Below, piece by piece: positions 1 to 10,678 of a stretch of DNA of 15,341 bases (its first letter is position 1; each line of letters starts with the position of its first letter). The stretch comes from Fidelibacterota bacterium. Lineage in GTDB: Bacteria; Fidelibacterota; Marinisomatia; Marinisomatales; S15-B10. Both the position numbers and the translations under genes were made by a program. The DNA lies in assembly GCA_046861655.1 (NCBI GenBank), contig JBHIAI010000035.1, forward strand, positions 1 to 15,341, given 5' to 3'. The notes under the pieces were generated by a model, which had not been told where the DNA came from, made no database searches, and worked only from the letters and a program-made list of their open reading frames with translations.

Positions 1-3000
1 TCACCCGCCATTTCTTCCTCCTCTTCCGGCTTCATAACCATGAGATTCTCAAATCCCCTGAAACCCGTCCCTGCGGGGATGAGTCTCCCCATGATCACGT
101 TTTCTTTCAGACCCAGGAGGTAGTCCGTTTTCCCTTCCGTGGAAGCATCTGTGAGGACCCGGGTGGTTTCCTGAAAGGAGGCGGCAGAGATGAAGCTTTC
201 CGTGTTCAGGGAGGCCCGGGTGATACCCAGGAGCAAGGGTCGAAAGGTAGCGGGCTTGGCCGCCCGAGTCTTCATGGGCGCCTTTTTTTCCTTCTTGAGG
301 TCCTTGTTCAGTTCTTTGGCCTCGTCTTTCTCGATAAGATCGTTCTCACCGTATCCCGAATCCCCCGGTTCGGTTACCACAACCATTTTTGAAATCCGGG
401 CATTTTCAGCGAACAAGTCCCCCCGGCTGACGCGGTCCTCCGGAAGGAACCGGGTGTCTCCAGGATTGTCTATTTCCAGTTTCTGCATCATCTGCCTGAC
501 GATAGTTTCCACGTGCTTATCGTTGATGCGCACACCCTGGAGGCGGTAGACCTCCTGAATCTCGTTTACCAGGTACTCTTGAACGCGCTCCGGCCCCAGG
601 ATGCCCAGGATATCCCTGGGAGAAATGGATCCCTCGCACAGACGGTCCCCGGCACTCACCCGGTCGCCCTCATGGACGATCACGTGTCTGCCGTAGGGAA
701 TGGTGTATTTCCGTTTCTCATCGTGGGGACCGTGAATGAATATCTCCCGAATGCCCCTTTTCGTCTTTCCAAACTTTACTTTGCCGTCAATCTCAGTGAC
801 AACTGCCGGCTCCTTGGGGTCCCGGGCTTCGAACAGTTCCGCCACCCGGGGAAGTCCCCCCGTGATGTCACGGGTCTTCCGGATTTCCCGGGCAATCTTC
901 ACCAGAACGGTTCCCGCCGTCACCTTCTGGCCATCCTTGACCATCAACACCGCTTTGACGGGAAGGATGCTTCCTGAGGAGAGAACCTTGCCGTTCCCAT
1001 CCACGATATCCAGGTGGGGGGCCATCCGGCGGTTCTTGGCTTCGGTGGTCACAATCTGGCGCTTTCCTCCCTCTACGGCCTCTTCCTGATAGGTTTCCCC
1101 TTCCACCATATCCACGAACTTGACGTAGCCGGTCTGGCGGGCAAGGATAACATCGGTGTAGGGATCCCAGGTGAACAAGACCTGACCCCCCTTCACCTTC
1201 TGATTATTCTTCACCAGAAGGTTGGATCCATAGGGAACCTTGTGGCGGGCCGCAATCTTCTTGGTGTCCTCGATGATTTCCAGGAAGCCGTTCCGCACAA
1301 GAACCTTTCTGACTTTCCGCTTCCGGGTTTTTCCTTTGATGACCACTCCAGCTTCATCGGTCACATCCCCGTACTCGAGCTCGGGGGAGTATTTCACCTT
1401 CCCATCGTGGCGGGCTTCCATCTCTGATTGTTCAATAATCCGGGCCGCCGTACCCCCAATATGGAAGGTTCTCAACGTTAGCTGAGTCCCCGGTTCGCCG
1501 ATGCTCTGGGCAGCGATGATGCCCACAGAGGTCCCCAGGCTCACAAGCTTATTGGTGTTCAAGTCCGTCCCGTAGCAATGGGCACAGACTCCCCGCCTGG
1601 ATTCGCAGGTCAATACGGACCGGATGAACACCTTGTTGATGTCGAGCAGGGCCATCTCGTCGGCGATGTCGTTGTCCACAAGAGTGCCCGCTTTGACCAC
1701 GACAGCACCGTCATGATAGACATCTTCCTGGATTACCCGCCCCCGGGTTCTGTCGGCCAGGGATTCAATGATTTCTTCCCCTTCCTTCAGATCGGTGACC
1801 CACACGCCGTTGATGGTCCCGCAGTCGGGTTCCGTAATGACCACGTCCTGAGCGACGTCCACCAGCCTCCGGGTGAGGTATCCCGCATCCGCCGTTTTCA
1901 AGGCGGTGTCGGCCAGACCTTTCCGGGCTCCGTGAGTGGAGATAAAGTATTCAAGAACAGGGAGTCCCTCCCTGAAGTTCGAAATGATGGGGGACTCGAT
2001 GATTTCTCCCCTGCCTCCCGTCATGGATTTCTTGGGCTTGGCCATGAGACCCCTCATGCCGGCGAGCTGTTTGATCTGGTCCTGGCTCCCCCGGGCACCG
2101 GAATCGGCCATCATGAAGACCGAATTGAACCCGTCCTGGTCCTGCTCCAGGTACTCCATCATCGTAGCGGCTACCTGGTTGGTAGCATGGGTCCAGACAT
2201 CGATCACCTTGTTGTAGCGTTCCCCTTCCGTCAGGATCTGCTTCGAAAACTTCTCATGAATCGAATCCACTTCCCTGAACGCCGCCCCGATAATCTCTCC
2301 TTTCTCCTCGGGAACCAGAACGTCTTCTATCCCGATGGAGGCACCACTGCGCGTGGCGTAGTTGAACCCAAGGGATTTCAGGTCATCCACGAATTTGACC
2401 GTTCGGTAGTTGCCCGCTTTCAGGTACGATTCGTATATGATCTTTTCCAGTTTCTTCTTGGAAATCGTTTCATCCACGAAGTCCAGCTCATCCGGCACGA
2501 CGGCGTTGAACAGGGCCCGGCCCACCGTCGTCCCCTTGATCCATTTCCCGTCCAGGTGGAGATTGACGATGGCGTGAAGACCCACCGCTCCATTCTCGTA
2601 TGCTATGATGACTTCATCAATGTTCGCGAAACTCTTGCCCTCTCCCAGGTCTCCCTCCCGGGCCTTCGTCAGATAGTAACTTCCCAGGACCATATCCTGG
2701 GAGGGAACAGTGATGGGATACCCGTGAGCAGGATGGAGGATATTGTGACTGGAAAGCATCAGGATTCTCGCTTCCATCTGGGCTTCGGGAGAAAGGGGAA
2801 CGTGCACAGCCATCTGGTCCCCGTCGAAATCGGCGTTGAAGGCCGCGCACACCAAGGGGTGGATCTGGATGGCCTTTCCATCCACCAAAACCGGTTGAAA
2901 GGCCTGGATACCCAGACGGTGGAGCGTGGGGGCCCGGTTCAGAAGTACGGGATGGTCCTTCACCACAAAGTTCAGGACATCATAGACTTCAGGAAAGCGC

Positions 3001-4253
3001 TCCTCCACCATCAGCTTGGCGCTGCGGGGGGTCTTGGCGTAGCCTCTCTTGATCAGTTCATGGATGAGGTGGGGTTTGAAAAGCTCGGCGGCCATGTCTT
3101 TGGGAAGACCGCACTCGTTGAGGTTCAGTTCTGGACCTACGACGATCACCGAACGGCCTGAATAGTCCACCCGTTTGCCCAGGAGGTTCTGCCGGAATCT
3201 TCCCTGCTTGCCCCGGAGCATATCGCTCAAACTTTTCAGCGGGCGCCGGGTGCCGCTCGACACAGCCGTGCCCCTTCTGGCATTGTCGAACAGGGTATCT
3301 ACCGCCTCCTGGAGCATTCGCTTTTCGTTGCGAAGAATGACATCCGGGGCCTTGATTTCCATAAGCTGCTTCAGGCGGTTGTTTCGGATGATCACCCTCC
3401 GGTACAGGTCGTTCAGATCGCTGGCGGCGAACCGTCCACCCTCAAGGGGAACCAGCGGCCGCAATTCTGGGGGAATGACGGGCAGGACGGTGATGACCAT
3501 CCATTCGGGACGATTCAGTCGCTTCTTTTCAGGACTGGGGTAGAATGCCCGGGCAACCTTCAGCCTCTTCAAGGCGTCGGACCGCTGCTGCTTCGACCGG
3601 GATGTTTTGATGGTGTGTTCCAGATCTTTGATCATTCTTGGAATCTCAAGACTCCGGAGGGCGTCCCTGATCGCCGTTCCTCCCATGGCAGCGTAGAAAT
3701 AGTTCTCTTCCTCCCAGTCTTCCTCCGACACAGCGTTCCTCCCGAACTCGGCCTCCAGGTCCCGGTATTCCTGTTCATCCACAAGATCGAGAGGTTTCTT
3801 TTCGGAATTGCCCGGATGTACCACCAGATAGGTCTCATAATAAATCACCCGCTCCAGATCGCGGGTGGGAATTCCAAGGAGATGACTCAGCTTTCCAGGG
3901 ACGGACCTGAGATACCAAATATGAACCACGGGGACGGCCAGGGTGATGTGTCCCATGCGTTCCCGTCGAACCCTCTTGCGGGTGACCTCCACCCCGCACC
4001 GGTCGCAGATGATACCCCGGTAGCGAATCCCCTTGTATTTTCCGCAGTGGCATTCGTAGTCCTTCACCGGACCGAATATCTTCTCGCAGAATAGACCGTC
4101 TTTCTCCGGCTTGTACGACCGGTAATTGATGGTCTCCGGTTTCAGGACCTCCCCGTAGGACCTTCTCAGGATTTCCTCCGGAGAGGATAGGCCTATGGAT
4201 ACGGCCTTGAAATCGGCATTCGACTCCACTTGAGGGGGTTTTATATAAATCAA
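1..4253 (-). CDS. rpoC: DNA-directed RNA polymerase subunit beta' (no stop before the left edge; completed by 15311..15341 if the window is circular, giving 1427 aa)
   Basis: Missing from the ORF track because it has no stop in the linear window; translated by hand. TTG start at 4253 follows an in-frame TAA and an SD AAGGAG (4260-4265). Sequence begins [29 protein letters not shown] and includes [25 protein letters not shown], the Zn ribbon CHCGKY...CDRC, catalytic NADFDGD (2817-2837), [22 protein letters not shown] and SFQETTRVL...[17 protein letters not shown]. Confidence 0.98.
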   Translation of the reverse strand, partial: MIYIKPPQVESNADFKAVSIGLSSPEEILRRSYGEVLKPETINYRSYKPEKDGLFCEKIFGPVKDYECHCGKYKGIRYRGIICDRCGVEVTRKRVRRERMGHITLAVPVVHIWYLRSVPGKLSHLLGIPTRDLERVIYYETYLVVHPGNSEKKPLDLVDEQEYRDLEAEFGRNAVSEEDWEEENYFYAAMGGTAIRDALRSLEIPRMIKDLEHTIKTSRSKQQRSDALKRLKVARAFYPSPEKKRLNRPEWMVITVLPVIPPELRPLVPLEGGRFAASDLNDLYRRVIIRNNRLKQLMEIKAPDVILRNEKRMLQEAVDTLFDNARRGTAVSSGTRRPLKSLSDMLRGKQGRFRQNLLGKRVDYSGRSVIVVGPELNLNECGLPKDMAAELFKPHLIHELIKRGYAKTPRSAKLMVEERFPEVYDVLNFVVKDHPVLLNRAPTLHRLGIQAFQPVLVDGKAIQIHPLVCAAFNADFDGDQMAVHVPLSPEAQMEARILMLSSHNILHPAHGYPITVPSQDMVLGSYYLTKAREGDLGEGKSFANIDEVIIAYENGAVGLHAIVNLHLDGKWIKGTTVGRALFNAVVPDELDFVDETISKKKLEKIIYESYLKAGNYRTVKFVDDLKSLGFNYATRSGASIGIEDVLVPEEKGEIIGAAFREVDSIHEKFSKQILTEGERYNKVIDVWTHATNQVAATMMEYLEQDQDGFNSVFMMADSGARGSQDQIKQLAGMRGLMAKPKKSMTGGRGEIIESPIISNFREGLPVLEYFISTHGARKGLADTALKTADAGYLTRRLVDVAQDVVITEPDCGTINGVWVTDLKEGEEIIESLADRTRGRVIQEDVYHDGAVVVKAGTLVDNDIADEMALLDINKVFIRSVLTCESRRGVCAHCYGTDLNTNKLVSLGTSVGIIAAQSIGEPGTQLTLRTFHIGGTAARIIEQSEMEARHDGKVKYSPELEYGDVTDEAGVVIKGKTRKRKVRKVLVRNGFLEIIEDTKKIAARHKVPYGSNLLVKNNQKVKGGQVLFTWDPYTDVILARQTGYVKFVDMVEGETYQEEAVEGGKRQIVTTEAKNRRMAPHLDIVDGNGKVLSSGSILPVKAVLMVKDGQKVTAGTVLVKIAREIRKTRDITGGLPRVAELFEARDPKEPAVVTEIDGKVKFGKTKRGIREIFIHGPHDEKRKYTIPYGRHVIVHEGDRVSAGDRLCEGSISPRDILGILGPERVQEYLVNEIQEVYRLQGVRINDKHVETIVRQMMQKLEIDNPGDTRFLPEDRVSRGDLFAENARISKMVVVTEPGDSGYGENDLIEKDEAKELNKDLKKEKKAPMKTRAAKPATFRPLLLGITRASLNTESFISAASFQETTRVLTDASTEGKTDYLLGLKENVIMGRLIPAGTGFRGFENLMVMKPEEEEEMAG

Positions 4254-4259
4254 TTATCT

Positions 4260-4265
4260 CTCCTT
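4260..4265 (-). promoter_or_regulatory. Shine-Dalgarno site of rpoC (AAGGAG)
   Basis: 6 nt upstream of the TTG at 4253. Confidence 0.75.
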
Positions 4266-4269
4266 CCCA

Positions 4270-7200
4270 TTATGGGTGAAGTTGAACATCGACGCCCAAC
4301 CCTTGAAGTTCTTTGACCAATACGTTAAACGACTCGGGAATCCCGAACGTGGGAACGTTATCTCCCCTCACCAGGGAGTTGTACACTTTCGACCGTCCTT
4401 CCACATCGTCAGATTTCCCGGTGAGCATTTCCTGAAGCGTGTGCGCCGCGCCGTAAGCCTCCAGGGCCCATACCTCCATCTCACCAAACCGTTGACCGCC
4501 GAACTGGGCCTTTCCGCCCAGTGGCTGCTGGGTAATGAGGGAATAGGGACCCGTGGACCTGGCATGCATCTTGTCATCCACCATGTGGTTCAATTTCATC
4601 ATATAGATAAAGCCGACGGTGACCGGATTATCGAATTTCTGGCCCGTTCGGCCGTCCCGAAGGGTGATTTTCCCACCCCTGGACAACCCGGCTTTTTCCA
4701 GCTCCTGGGCCACCTGATCGGGAGTGGCACCATCGAAGGGAGGTGTCTCGTAACGGACGCCCAGAATCTTCCCAGCCCAGCCCAGCATGGTCTCATTCAG
4801 CTGTCCAAGATTCATCCGGGACGGAACCCCCAGCGGGTTAAGGATGATGTCCACAGGTGTGCCATCATCCATGAACGGCATATCCTCCTCGGGCACCACG
4901 ATAGCCACAACTCCCTTGTTCCCGTGACGGCCCGCCATCTTGTCTCCCACCTGGACCTTTCGCTTATTGGCAATGTATACTTTCGCCAGCTTCGATACCC
5001 CCGGCTGGAGTTCATCGCCCACCTGCAGTTTGTAAATCTCCCTTTCCAGCCTTTGTTCCTCCCGCGTCCATTCACGGCGGAAGGAATTCCACACGCGCTG
5101 AATCTGAATCCACACTTCCCGGTCCTGCACCCAGGGATTATCCCGGGAAATGCGTTCCACGTCCAGCGTCTCCAGGCGCTTAGGAGTGAGCTTCGTGGAG
5201 GCTTTGATAATGGTCTTCCCTGTTGCCAGATCCCTTAGCCCGCCACAGATCTGGTCTGTCAAGAGTTGAATCAAACGCTCGTTTCGCTTTTTCCGCAGTC
5301 TGGCCTTCGTCCGGCGGGTCTCTTCCTGTAGCTGTTCAATGATCTTCTTCTCCTGGGCCCGGGAGGACTTGGTCTTCCGTTCGAAAAGCTGGGTCCGGAT
5401 CACCACGCCGTTGACACTGGGCTCGGCTCTCTTGGACGCATCTTTCACATCCCCCGCCTTTTCCCCGAAAATTGCCCTCAACAGCTTTTCTTCCGGGGTG
5501 GGATCTGTCTCCCCCTTGGGGGTCACCTTCCCGATAAGGATGTCGCCGGGCTTTACCGGAGCACCCACCCGGATGATTCCGTTTTCATCCAGGTTCTTTG
5601 TGGCCTCCTCACTGACGTTGGGAATCTCGCGGGTCAGCTCTTCCTCGCCCCGCTTGGTGTCCCGTACCTCCAATTCAACCTCCGATATGTGAACCGAAGT
5701 GAAATCATCATCCTTTACCAGCCGCTCACTGATCACGATGGCGTCCTCGAAATTGTACCCACGCCAGGGCATGAACGCCACCAGCACATTCCGTCCCAGA
5801 GCCAGTTCTCCTCTGACCGTCGCCGGACCGTCCGCAAGAAGATCTCCCCTTTTCACCCTGTCCCCTTCGTAGACCACAGGCCTCTGATTCACGCACGTAT
5901 CCTGATTGGTCCGGGAATACTTTATCAGGGGGATGGTCACCAGATTCTCATCCGGGGTGATGGCAATGTCCTCTGGAACGTCCTTCACCCGGAGAACAAT
6001 CTTGGTGGAATCGGTCTCCTCCACCACTCCATCAACAGGAGAGAAAATGCTGGTCAGGGAGTCGACGGCCACCCGGGCCTCGATGCCCGTTCCCACGATG
6101 GGGGCTTCAGGATTCACCAGGGGAACAGACTGCCTCTGCATATTCGAACCCATAAGAGCCCGGTTGGCGTCGTCGTGTTCCAGAAAAGGAATCAGGGCGG
6201 CCGCCACGCTCAGGATCTGGTGAGGCGCCACATCCATGAATTGAACGTCCTTCGGACTCACAATGGGAAAGTCACCCCGAATGCGGGCCCGGATTCGTTT
6301 GTCCTGAATCTGACCTTTCTTGCTCACCTGAACATCAGGCTGGGCGATCATGGACCGGTCTTCATCCTCCGCCGATAGGTACTTCACCTGCTGGGTCACA
6401 TAGGTCCGGCCGTTGTCGTGCCTGACCACCCGGTAGGGAGCCTCAATAAACCCCAGTTCATTCACCATGGCGTGAGTAGCCAGGGAGGAGATGAGACCGA
6501 TATTCGGTCCCTCCGGGGTCTCGATGGGACACAGCCTTCCGTAGTGGGTGTAGTGAACGTCCCTCACTTCAAACCCCGCCCTTTCGCGGGTCATGCCGCC
6601 TGGGCCCAGGGCCGAAACCCGGCGTTTGTGGGTAACCTCTGCCAGGGGATTGGTCTGGTCCTTAAACTGACTCAATTGACTGGTCCCAAAGAACGAATTG
6701 ATCACGGTCGTAACGATGCGCGAATTGATGAGATCCTGGGGCGTAAGACTCTCAGCTTCCCTCAGATTCATTCGCTCACGGATGGTCCGCGACATGCGAT
6801 TGATGGCAACGGAGAACTGGTTAGTGAGTTGCTCTCCCACGGTCTTGATCCGCCGGTTTCCCAGATGGTCAATGTCATCCGGGCCTCTCTCCCCACGGCG
6901 CATCTCAAACAGGTATTCGATCACCCGAATCAAGTCTTCAGTGGTCAGAACGGTATGATCCAGAGGCACATCCAGGTCAAACTGCTTGTTCAGTCGATAC
7001 CGCCCCACCTTGCCCAGGTCGTACCGCTTCGGACTGAAAAACATCCGTTCGATGAACTTCTGGGCCGTTTCCAGGTTGGGAGGCTCGCCCGACCTCAGGT
7101 AGCGGTACATGAGGCGAAGGGCCTCTTCCGTGTTCCGCGTTGGATCCTTTCCCATGGTATTCAGAAGGACCTGGGCAGAGATACCGTCTTCCGGATTCAC

Positions 7201-8052
7201 CACTTCGATGCTCTTGATACCGGCTTCCTTGAGGCCGGCCAGGAGCTCACCGGTCACCTCCGTTCTGGCCTCAGCCATGATCTCGCCCGTTTCCACGTTG
7301 ACCACGTCGTCCACCAGAACCTGCCCCTGTGTGTCCTTCTGGGACTTCCCTCCCAGCTTGACCGTACTCACCAGACCAAAGGCCCTGAGAATGTCGGCAT
7401 CGGTGGAAAAGCCCAGAGCCCGTAACAAGCTGGTAACCGGAAACTTTCTCCGCCGGTCAATAATGACGTACAGACAGTCCTGAATATCGGTGGTGAAGTC
7501 GATCCAGGAGCCCCGGAACGGGATCACCCTGGCCTGGTACAGTTTGGTGCCGTTGGGATGGATGTGTTCGTCGAAGAAAACACCGGGCGATCTTTGAAGT
7601 TGACTCACGATCACCCGCTCGGCACCGTTGATGATGAAGGTCCCCCGCTCGGTCATGAAAGGTATATTCCCGAAATAGACGTCCTGCTCGATGCTGTGGG
7701 CATACTTCGACCGGTCGTACTCGTCTGTGATATGGAGAACCAGTTTCACTTTCAGGGGAACGGCGTAGGTGACGCCCCTTTCCAGACATTCCTCGGGCTT
7801 GTACTTGGGCAGCCCGAAAAAGTATCCCTTGTACTCCAGGACGTAGTTCTTGTGGGTATCCTCGATCGGGAAGGCATTCCGGAACACTTCTTCGAGACCA
7901 AAAGGTTCCTTCTCATCCTCTGGCCTGTCCTTTGGAACAAAATATTCCTCGAATGATTTGAGCTGGACATCCAGAAGATTGGGCATGTCCATGACCCGGG
8001 ACAACCGGGAAAAGGACTCTCTCGTCACCCGCTGGTTGGATTGGCTGGACAA
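4270..8052 (-). CDS. rpoB: DNA-directed RNA polymerase subunit beta
   Basis: 1260 aa with GTFIINGAERVIVSQ, SQLSQFKDQTNPLAEVTHKRRVSALGPGG, ETPEGPNIGLI, GDKMAGRHGNKG and GGQRFGEMEVWALEAYG. TTG start with AAGGAGG 8 nt upstream. Confidence 0.99.
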   Translation of the reverse strand: MSSQSNQRVTRESFSRLSRVMDMPNLLDVQLKSFEEYFVPKDRPEDEKEPFGLEEVFRNAFPIEDTHKNYVLEYKGYFFGLPKYKPEECLERGVTYAVPLKVKLVLHITDEYDRSKYAHSIEQDVYFGNIPFMTERGTFIINGAERVIVSQLQRSPGVFFDEHIHPNGTKLYQARVIPFRGSWIDFTTDIQDCLYVIIDRRRKFPVTSLLRALGFSTDADILRAFGLVSTVKLGGKSQKDTQGQVLVDDVVNVETGEIMAEARTEVTGELLAGLKEAGIKSIEVVNPEDGISAQVLLNTMGKDPTRNTEEALRLMYRYLRSGEPPNLETAQKFIERMFFSPKRYDLGKVGRYRLNKQFDLDVPLDHTVLTTEDLIRVIEYLFEMRRGERGPDDIDHLGNRRIKTVGEQLTNQFSVAINRMSRTIRERMNLREAESLTPQDLINSRIVTTVINSFFGTSQLSQFKDQTNPLAEVTHKRRVSALGPGGMTRERAGFEVRDVHYTHYGRLCPIETPEGPNIGLISSLATHAMVNELGFIEAPYRVVRHDNGRTYVTQQVKYLSAEDEDRSMIAQPDVQVSKKGQIQDKRIRARIRGDFPIVSPKDVQFMDVAPHQILSVAAALIPFLEHDDANRALMGSNMQRQSVPLVNPEAPIVGTGIEARVAVDSLTSIFSPVDGVVEETDSTKIVLRVKDVPEDIAITPDENLVTIPLIKYSRTNQDTCVNQRPVVYEGDRVKRGDLLADGPATVRGELALGRNVLVAFMPWRGYNFEDAIVISERLVKDDDFTSVHISEVELEVRDTKRGEEELTREIPNVSEEATKNLDENGIIRVGAPVKPGDILIGKVTPKGETDPTPEEKLLRAIFGEKAGDVKDASKRAEPSVNGVVIRTQLFERKTKSSRAQEKKIIEQLQEETRRTKARLRKKRNERLIQLLTDQICGGLRDLATGKTIIKASTKLTPKRLETLDVERISRDNPWVQDREVWIQIQRVWNSFRREWTREEQRLEREIYKLQVGDELQPGVSKLAKVYIANKRKVQVGDKMAGRHGNKGVVAIVVPEEDMPFMDDGTPVDIILNPLGVPSRMNLGQLNETMLGWAGKILGVRYETPPFDGATPDQVAQELEKAGLSRGGKITLRDGRTGQKFDNPVTVGFIYMMKLNHMVDDKMHARSTGPYSLITQQPLGGKAQFGGQRFGEMEVWALEAYGAAHTLQEMLTGKSDDVEGRSKVYNSLVRGDNVPTFGIPESFNVLVKELQGLGVDVQLHP

Positions 8053-8060
8053 ATCAACGT

Positions 8061-8067
8061 CCTCCTT
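8061..8067 (-). promoter_or_regulatory. Shine-Dalgarno site of rpoB (AAGGAGG)
   Basis: 8 nt upstream of the TTG at 8052. Confidence 0.85.
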
Positions 8068-8088
8068 TCTGGGATCTTGTGGACAAGG

Positions 8089-8472
8089 TTACTTGAGCTC
8101 CACGGAAGCACCCGCTTCTTCGAGTTTCTTCTTCATCTCTTCAGCCTCCTCCTTGGGCACCCCCTCGCGCACCGCCTTGGGTGCGGTGTCTACGAGCTCC
8201 TTGGCTTCCTTAAGACCCAGTTCCGTGAGAGATCTTACCACCTTGATCACTTGAATCTTCTTCTCTCCCGCCCCGGTGAGAACCACGTTAAAAGAGCTTT
8301 TCTCTTCCGCCTGAGCTTCCTGGGCGGCAGGCGCGGCAGCTCCCGCCACGGCAACAGGGGCGGCTGCGGTCACCTTAAACTTCTCTTCAATGTCCTCAAT
8401 CAACTCGGAAATCTCCAGCATGTTGGCTTTTTCCAAGTACTCGATCACATCACTGCGGGTTATCTTCGCCAT
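8089..8472 (-). CDS. rplL: 50S ribosomal protein L7/L12 (bL12)
   Basis: [18 protein letters not shown] hinge, [32 protein letters not shown]. Start moved from the track's GTG (8478) to ATG 8472, which lies 8 nt after GAGGAGG. Confidence 0.98.
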   Translation of the reverse strand: MAKITRSDVIEYLEKANMLEISELIEDIEEKFKVTAAAPVAVAGAAAPAAQEAQAEEKSSFNVVLTGAGEKKIQVIKVVRSLTELGLKEAKELVDTAPKAVREGVPKEEAEEMKKKLEEAGASVELK

Positions 8473-8480
8473 TCTCACTA

Positions 8481-8487
8481 CCTCCTC
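8481..8487 (-). promoter_or_regulatory. Shine-Dalgarno site of rplL (GAGGAGG)
   Basis: 8 nt upstream of the ATG at 8472. Confidence 0.85.
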
Positions 8488-8492
8488 ATGGT

Positions 8493-9011
8493 CTAGGACC
8501 CCTTGGATTCCTTTACCTGGTTCAGTACGTTTACGAGATTCGCCATGGCACCCTTCAAACCCAGGGCCAATTGAATCATGGGGGCGGACAACTGCCCCAC
8601 AATCTTTGATAGCATCCTGTCCCGGCTCGGAAGGGAGGCAATCCGGCTGAACACGTCCTTCTCCATCACCTCTCCCTCAAAGATAAGGGCCTTGAGCTGA
8701 GGCCGATCGTGGGATTTCTGGAAATCCACCAGAATTTTGGCCGGGGAGGCGGGATCGTCGTAGCTGAAGGCGATGGCGGTGGGACCCTTGAAAACGTCCT
8801 CAAGCCCTTCGAATCCTGCCTTCTCGGCCGAACGCATGGCCAGGGTATTCTTAACCACCTCGAATTCTACGCCCTCCTGGTGAAAACGCCGGCGGAGTTC
8901 GGTGACCTCCCCCACGTCTAAGCCCAGGTACTGGGTAAAGTAGATCCCTTTGGCTCGAGCCAGCTTCTCGCCGATCCTGTCTACTGCCTCTATTTTCCTG
9001 GGATTCGGCAT
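8493..9011 (-). CDS. rplJ: 50S ribosomal protein L10 (uL10)
   Basis: [37 protein letters not shown]; lies between rplA and rplL. Confidence 0.97.
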   Translation of the reverse strand: MPNPRKIEAVDRIGEKLARAKGIYFTQYLGLDVGEVTELRRRFHQEGVEFEVVKNTLAMRSAEKAGFEGLEDVFKGPTAIAFSYDDPASPAKILVDFQKSHDRPQLKALIFEGEVMEKDVFSRIASLPSRDRMLSKIVGQLSAPMIQLALGLKGAMANLVNVLNQVKESKGS

Positions 9012-9019
9012 GCTGGTCC

Positions 9020-9709
9020 TCAGGTCAGCGACCCCCTGTCAATCTTGATACCGGGACTCATGGTGGACGAAATGGTCACCTTCTTAACGTAGGTTCCCTT
9101 CAACGACGGTGGTTTTACCCGGAACAGAGTGGACACCACCGATTTCAAATTCTCGGCCAATTGACGATCCTCAAACGATTTTCTTCCGATGGGAACATGG
9201 ATAATCCCGTGACGGTCCACCCGGAGTTCCACCCGTCCCGCTTTGATCTCGCTGACCGTCTTCCGGACATCCTGGGTGACCGTTCCGCTCTTGGGATTGG
9301 GCATAAGACCTTTCGGACCGAGGACCTTTCCAAGCTTTCCCAGCTTGGGCATCATGTCGGGAGTGGCCACTACCACGTCTATCTCGTCCCACCCCTTTTC
9401 AAGTCTTTCGATGAAATCATCGTCGCCCACATAATCGGCCCCCGCTTCCGTAGCGTCCTTGGCGGCCTGACCCTTGGTGAGAACCAGGACCCGGACCTCC
9501 TGTCCTGTGCCAAACGGGAGGGAGGTGACCGTCCTCACGTTCTGGTCGGCGTGCCTGGGATCCACGCCCAGGTTCACAGCCACTTCGATGGTCTCATCAA
9601 AACCGGCGCTGGCTGCTTCCTTCACCAGAGTCACGGCATCCTCCAGGGAGTAGTCCTTCTGACGGTCGATCTGCTCGAGAGCCTGACGGTATCGTTTTCC
9701 CCGCTTCAC
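9020..9709 (-). CDS. rplA: 50S ribosomal protein L1 (uL1)
   Basis: [47 protein letters not shown]. The GTG start overlaps the rplK stop (GTGA). Confidence 0.98.
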   Translation of the reverse strand: MKRGKRYRQALEQIDRQKDYSLEDAVTLVKEAASAGFDETIEVAVNLGVDPRHADQNVRTVTSLPFGTGQEVRVLVLTKGQAAKDATEAGADYVGDDDFIERLEKGWDEIDVVVATPDMMPKLGKLGKVLGPKGLMPNPKSGTVTQDVRKTVSEIKAGRVELRVDRHGIIHVPIGRKSFEDRQLAENLKSVVSTLFRVKPPSLKGTYVKKVTISSTMSPGIKIDRGSLT

Positions 9710-10140
9710 CGGTTCTCCTCTTCCACTTCGATGCCCATGCTCCGGGCTGTTCCCCGGATCATTTCCATCGCCTTTTCCACAGTATTGGCATTCAGATCGG
9801 GCATTTTTACTTGGGCGATCTTTCTCAAATCCTGTTCCCGGACCTTCCCCACTTTTTCCCGGTTGGGTTCTCCGGACCCCTTCTGTATCCCCGCCGCTTG
9901 CCTCAACAGAACGGCTGCGGGAGGAGTCTTGGTCACAAAGGTAAAGGACCGGTCTTCATACACGGTAATCACCACCGGAACCACCGTGCCCATGTCGGTC
10001 CTGGTGGCCTCGTTGAAGGCCTTGCAAAAATCCATGATGTTCACACCGTGCTGGCCCAGGGCCGGACCCACCGGGGGAGCCGGATTGGCCTGACCGCCCC
10101 GAATCTGGAGCTTGATCTGTGTCAGTACGTTCCTGGCCAT
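9706..10140 (-). CDS. rplK: 50S ribosomal protein L11 (uL11)
   Basis: [43 protein letters not shown]. Confidence 0.99.
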   Translation of the reverse strand: MARNVLTQIKLQIRGGQANPAPPVGPALGQHGVNIMDFCKAFNEATRTDMGTVVPVVITVYEDRSFTFVTKTPPAAVLLRQAAGIQKGSGEPNREKVGKVREQDLRKIAQVKMPDLNANTVEKAMEMIRGTARSMGIEVEEENR

Positions 10141-10149
10141 CTCTCTCGA

Positions 10150-10677
10150 TTACTTCTCGTGTTCCACCTGAAGAAAATCCAGTTCCACCGGGGTGGCCCG
10201 ACCGAAAATGGAGACCGTTACCTTGACCTTCTGCTTCTCCTCATTCACTCCCTGGACAAACCCGGTGAAATCGATAAAAGGCCCGTCGGTGATCTTCACG
10301 GCGTCGCCCACCTTGAACCGGGCGGCCAGGACCTCCCGTCCATCTTTGGTTTCCACCTCTCCCAGAATCCGTTTCACCTCATCGCTCTTCAGGGGTTCGG
10401 GTTCCCCTTTGGGACCGACAAAGCTGATGACGCCCGGAAGGTTTTCGATGAAGTAGCGGGTCTCCTGAGTCAGGTCCATCTTGATGAGCACGTAACCCGG
10501 ATAGAATACCTTGTTTCTCACCACCTTCTTGCCGCTTCTCATTTCCACCACGTTTTCCGAGGGCACCAGGACCTGATCGATCTGCTTCTTGAGACCGTCT
10601 TCATCGGCACCATGCATAAGGGCATCCCGGATTTTCTTCTCCTTGCCCGACAGAACCCGTATGGAATACCAGTCCAT
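10150..10677 (-). CDS. nusG: Transcription termination/antitermination factor NusG
   Basis: [22 protein letters not shown] motif [28 protein letters not shown]. Confidence 0.98.
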   Translation of the reverse strand: MDWYSIRVLSGKEKKIRDALMHGADEDGLKKQIDQVLVPSENVVEMRSGKKVVRNKVFYPGYVLIKMDLTQETRYFIENLPGVISFVGPKGEPEPLKSDEVKRILGEVETKDGREVLAARFKVGDAVKITDGPFIDFTGFVQGVNEEKQKVKVTVSIFGRATPVELDFLQVEHEK

Positions 10678-10678
10678 C

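Noticed and set aside
282..288. In-frame A_AAA_AAG slippery heptamer in rpoC (GAA AAA AAG) with a weak downstream CGCCC/GGGCG stem
   Set aside because: It is explained by an EKK stretch in a Lys-rich segment. A -1 shift would remove the conserved beta' C-terminal motifs, and the stimulatory structure is weak.
1..4253. Absence of rpoC from the ORF track, suggesting a pseudogene or frameshift
   Set aside because: The start, the NADFDGD motif and the C-terminal motifs are all in one frame. It is missing only because the stop lies beyond the left edge.
4239..4257. AT-rich patch (TTTTATATAAATCAATTAT) resembling a promoter -10 or an unwinding element
   Set aside because: It coincides with the rpoC start and first codons, where low structure is expected. 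I see no convincing -35 element or DnaA-box cluster nearby.
8473..8478. GTG start for rplL used by the ORF track
   Set aside because: It is only 2 nt from the SD; ATG 8472 has normal spacing.
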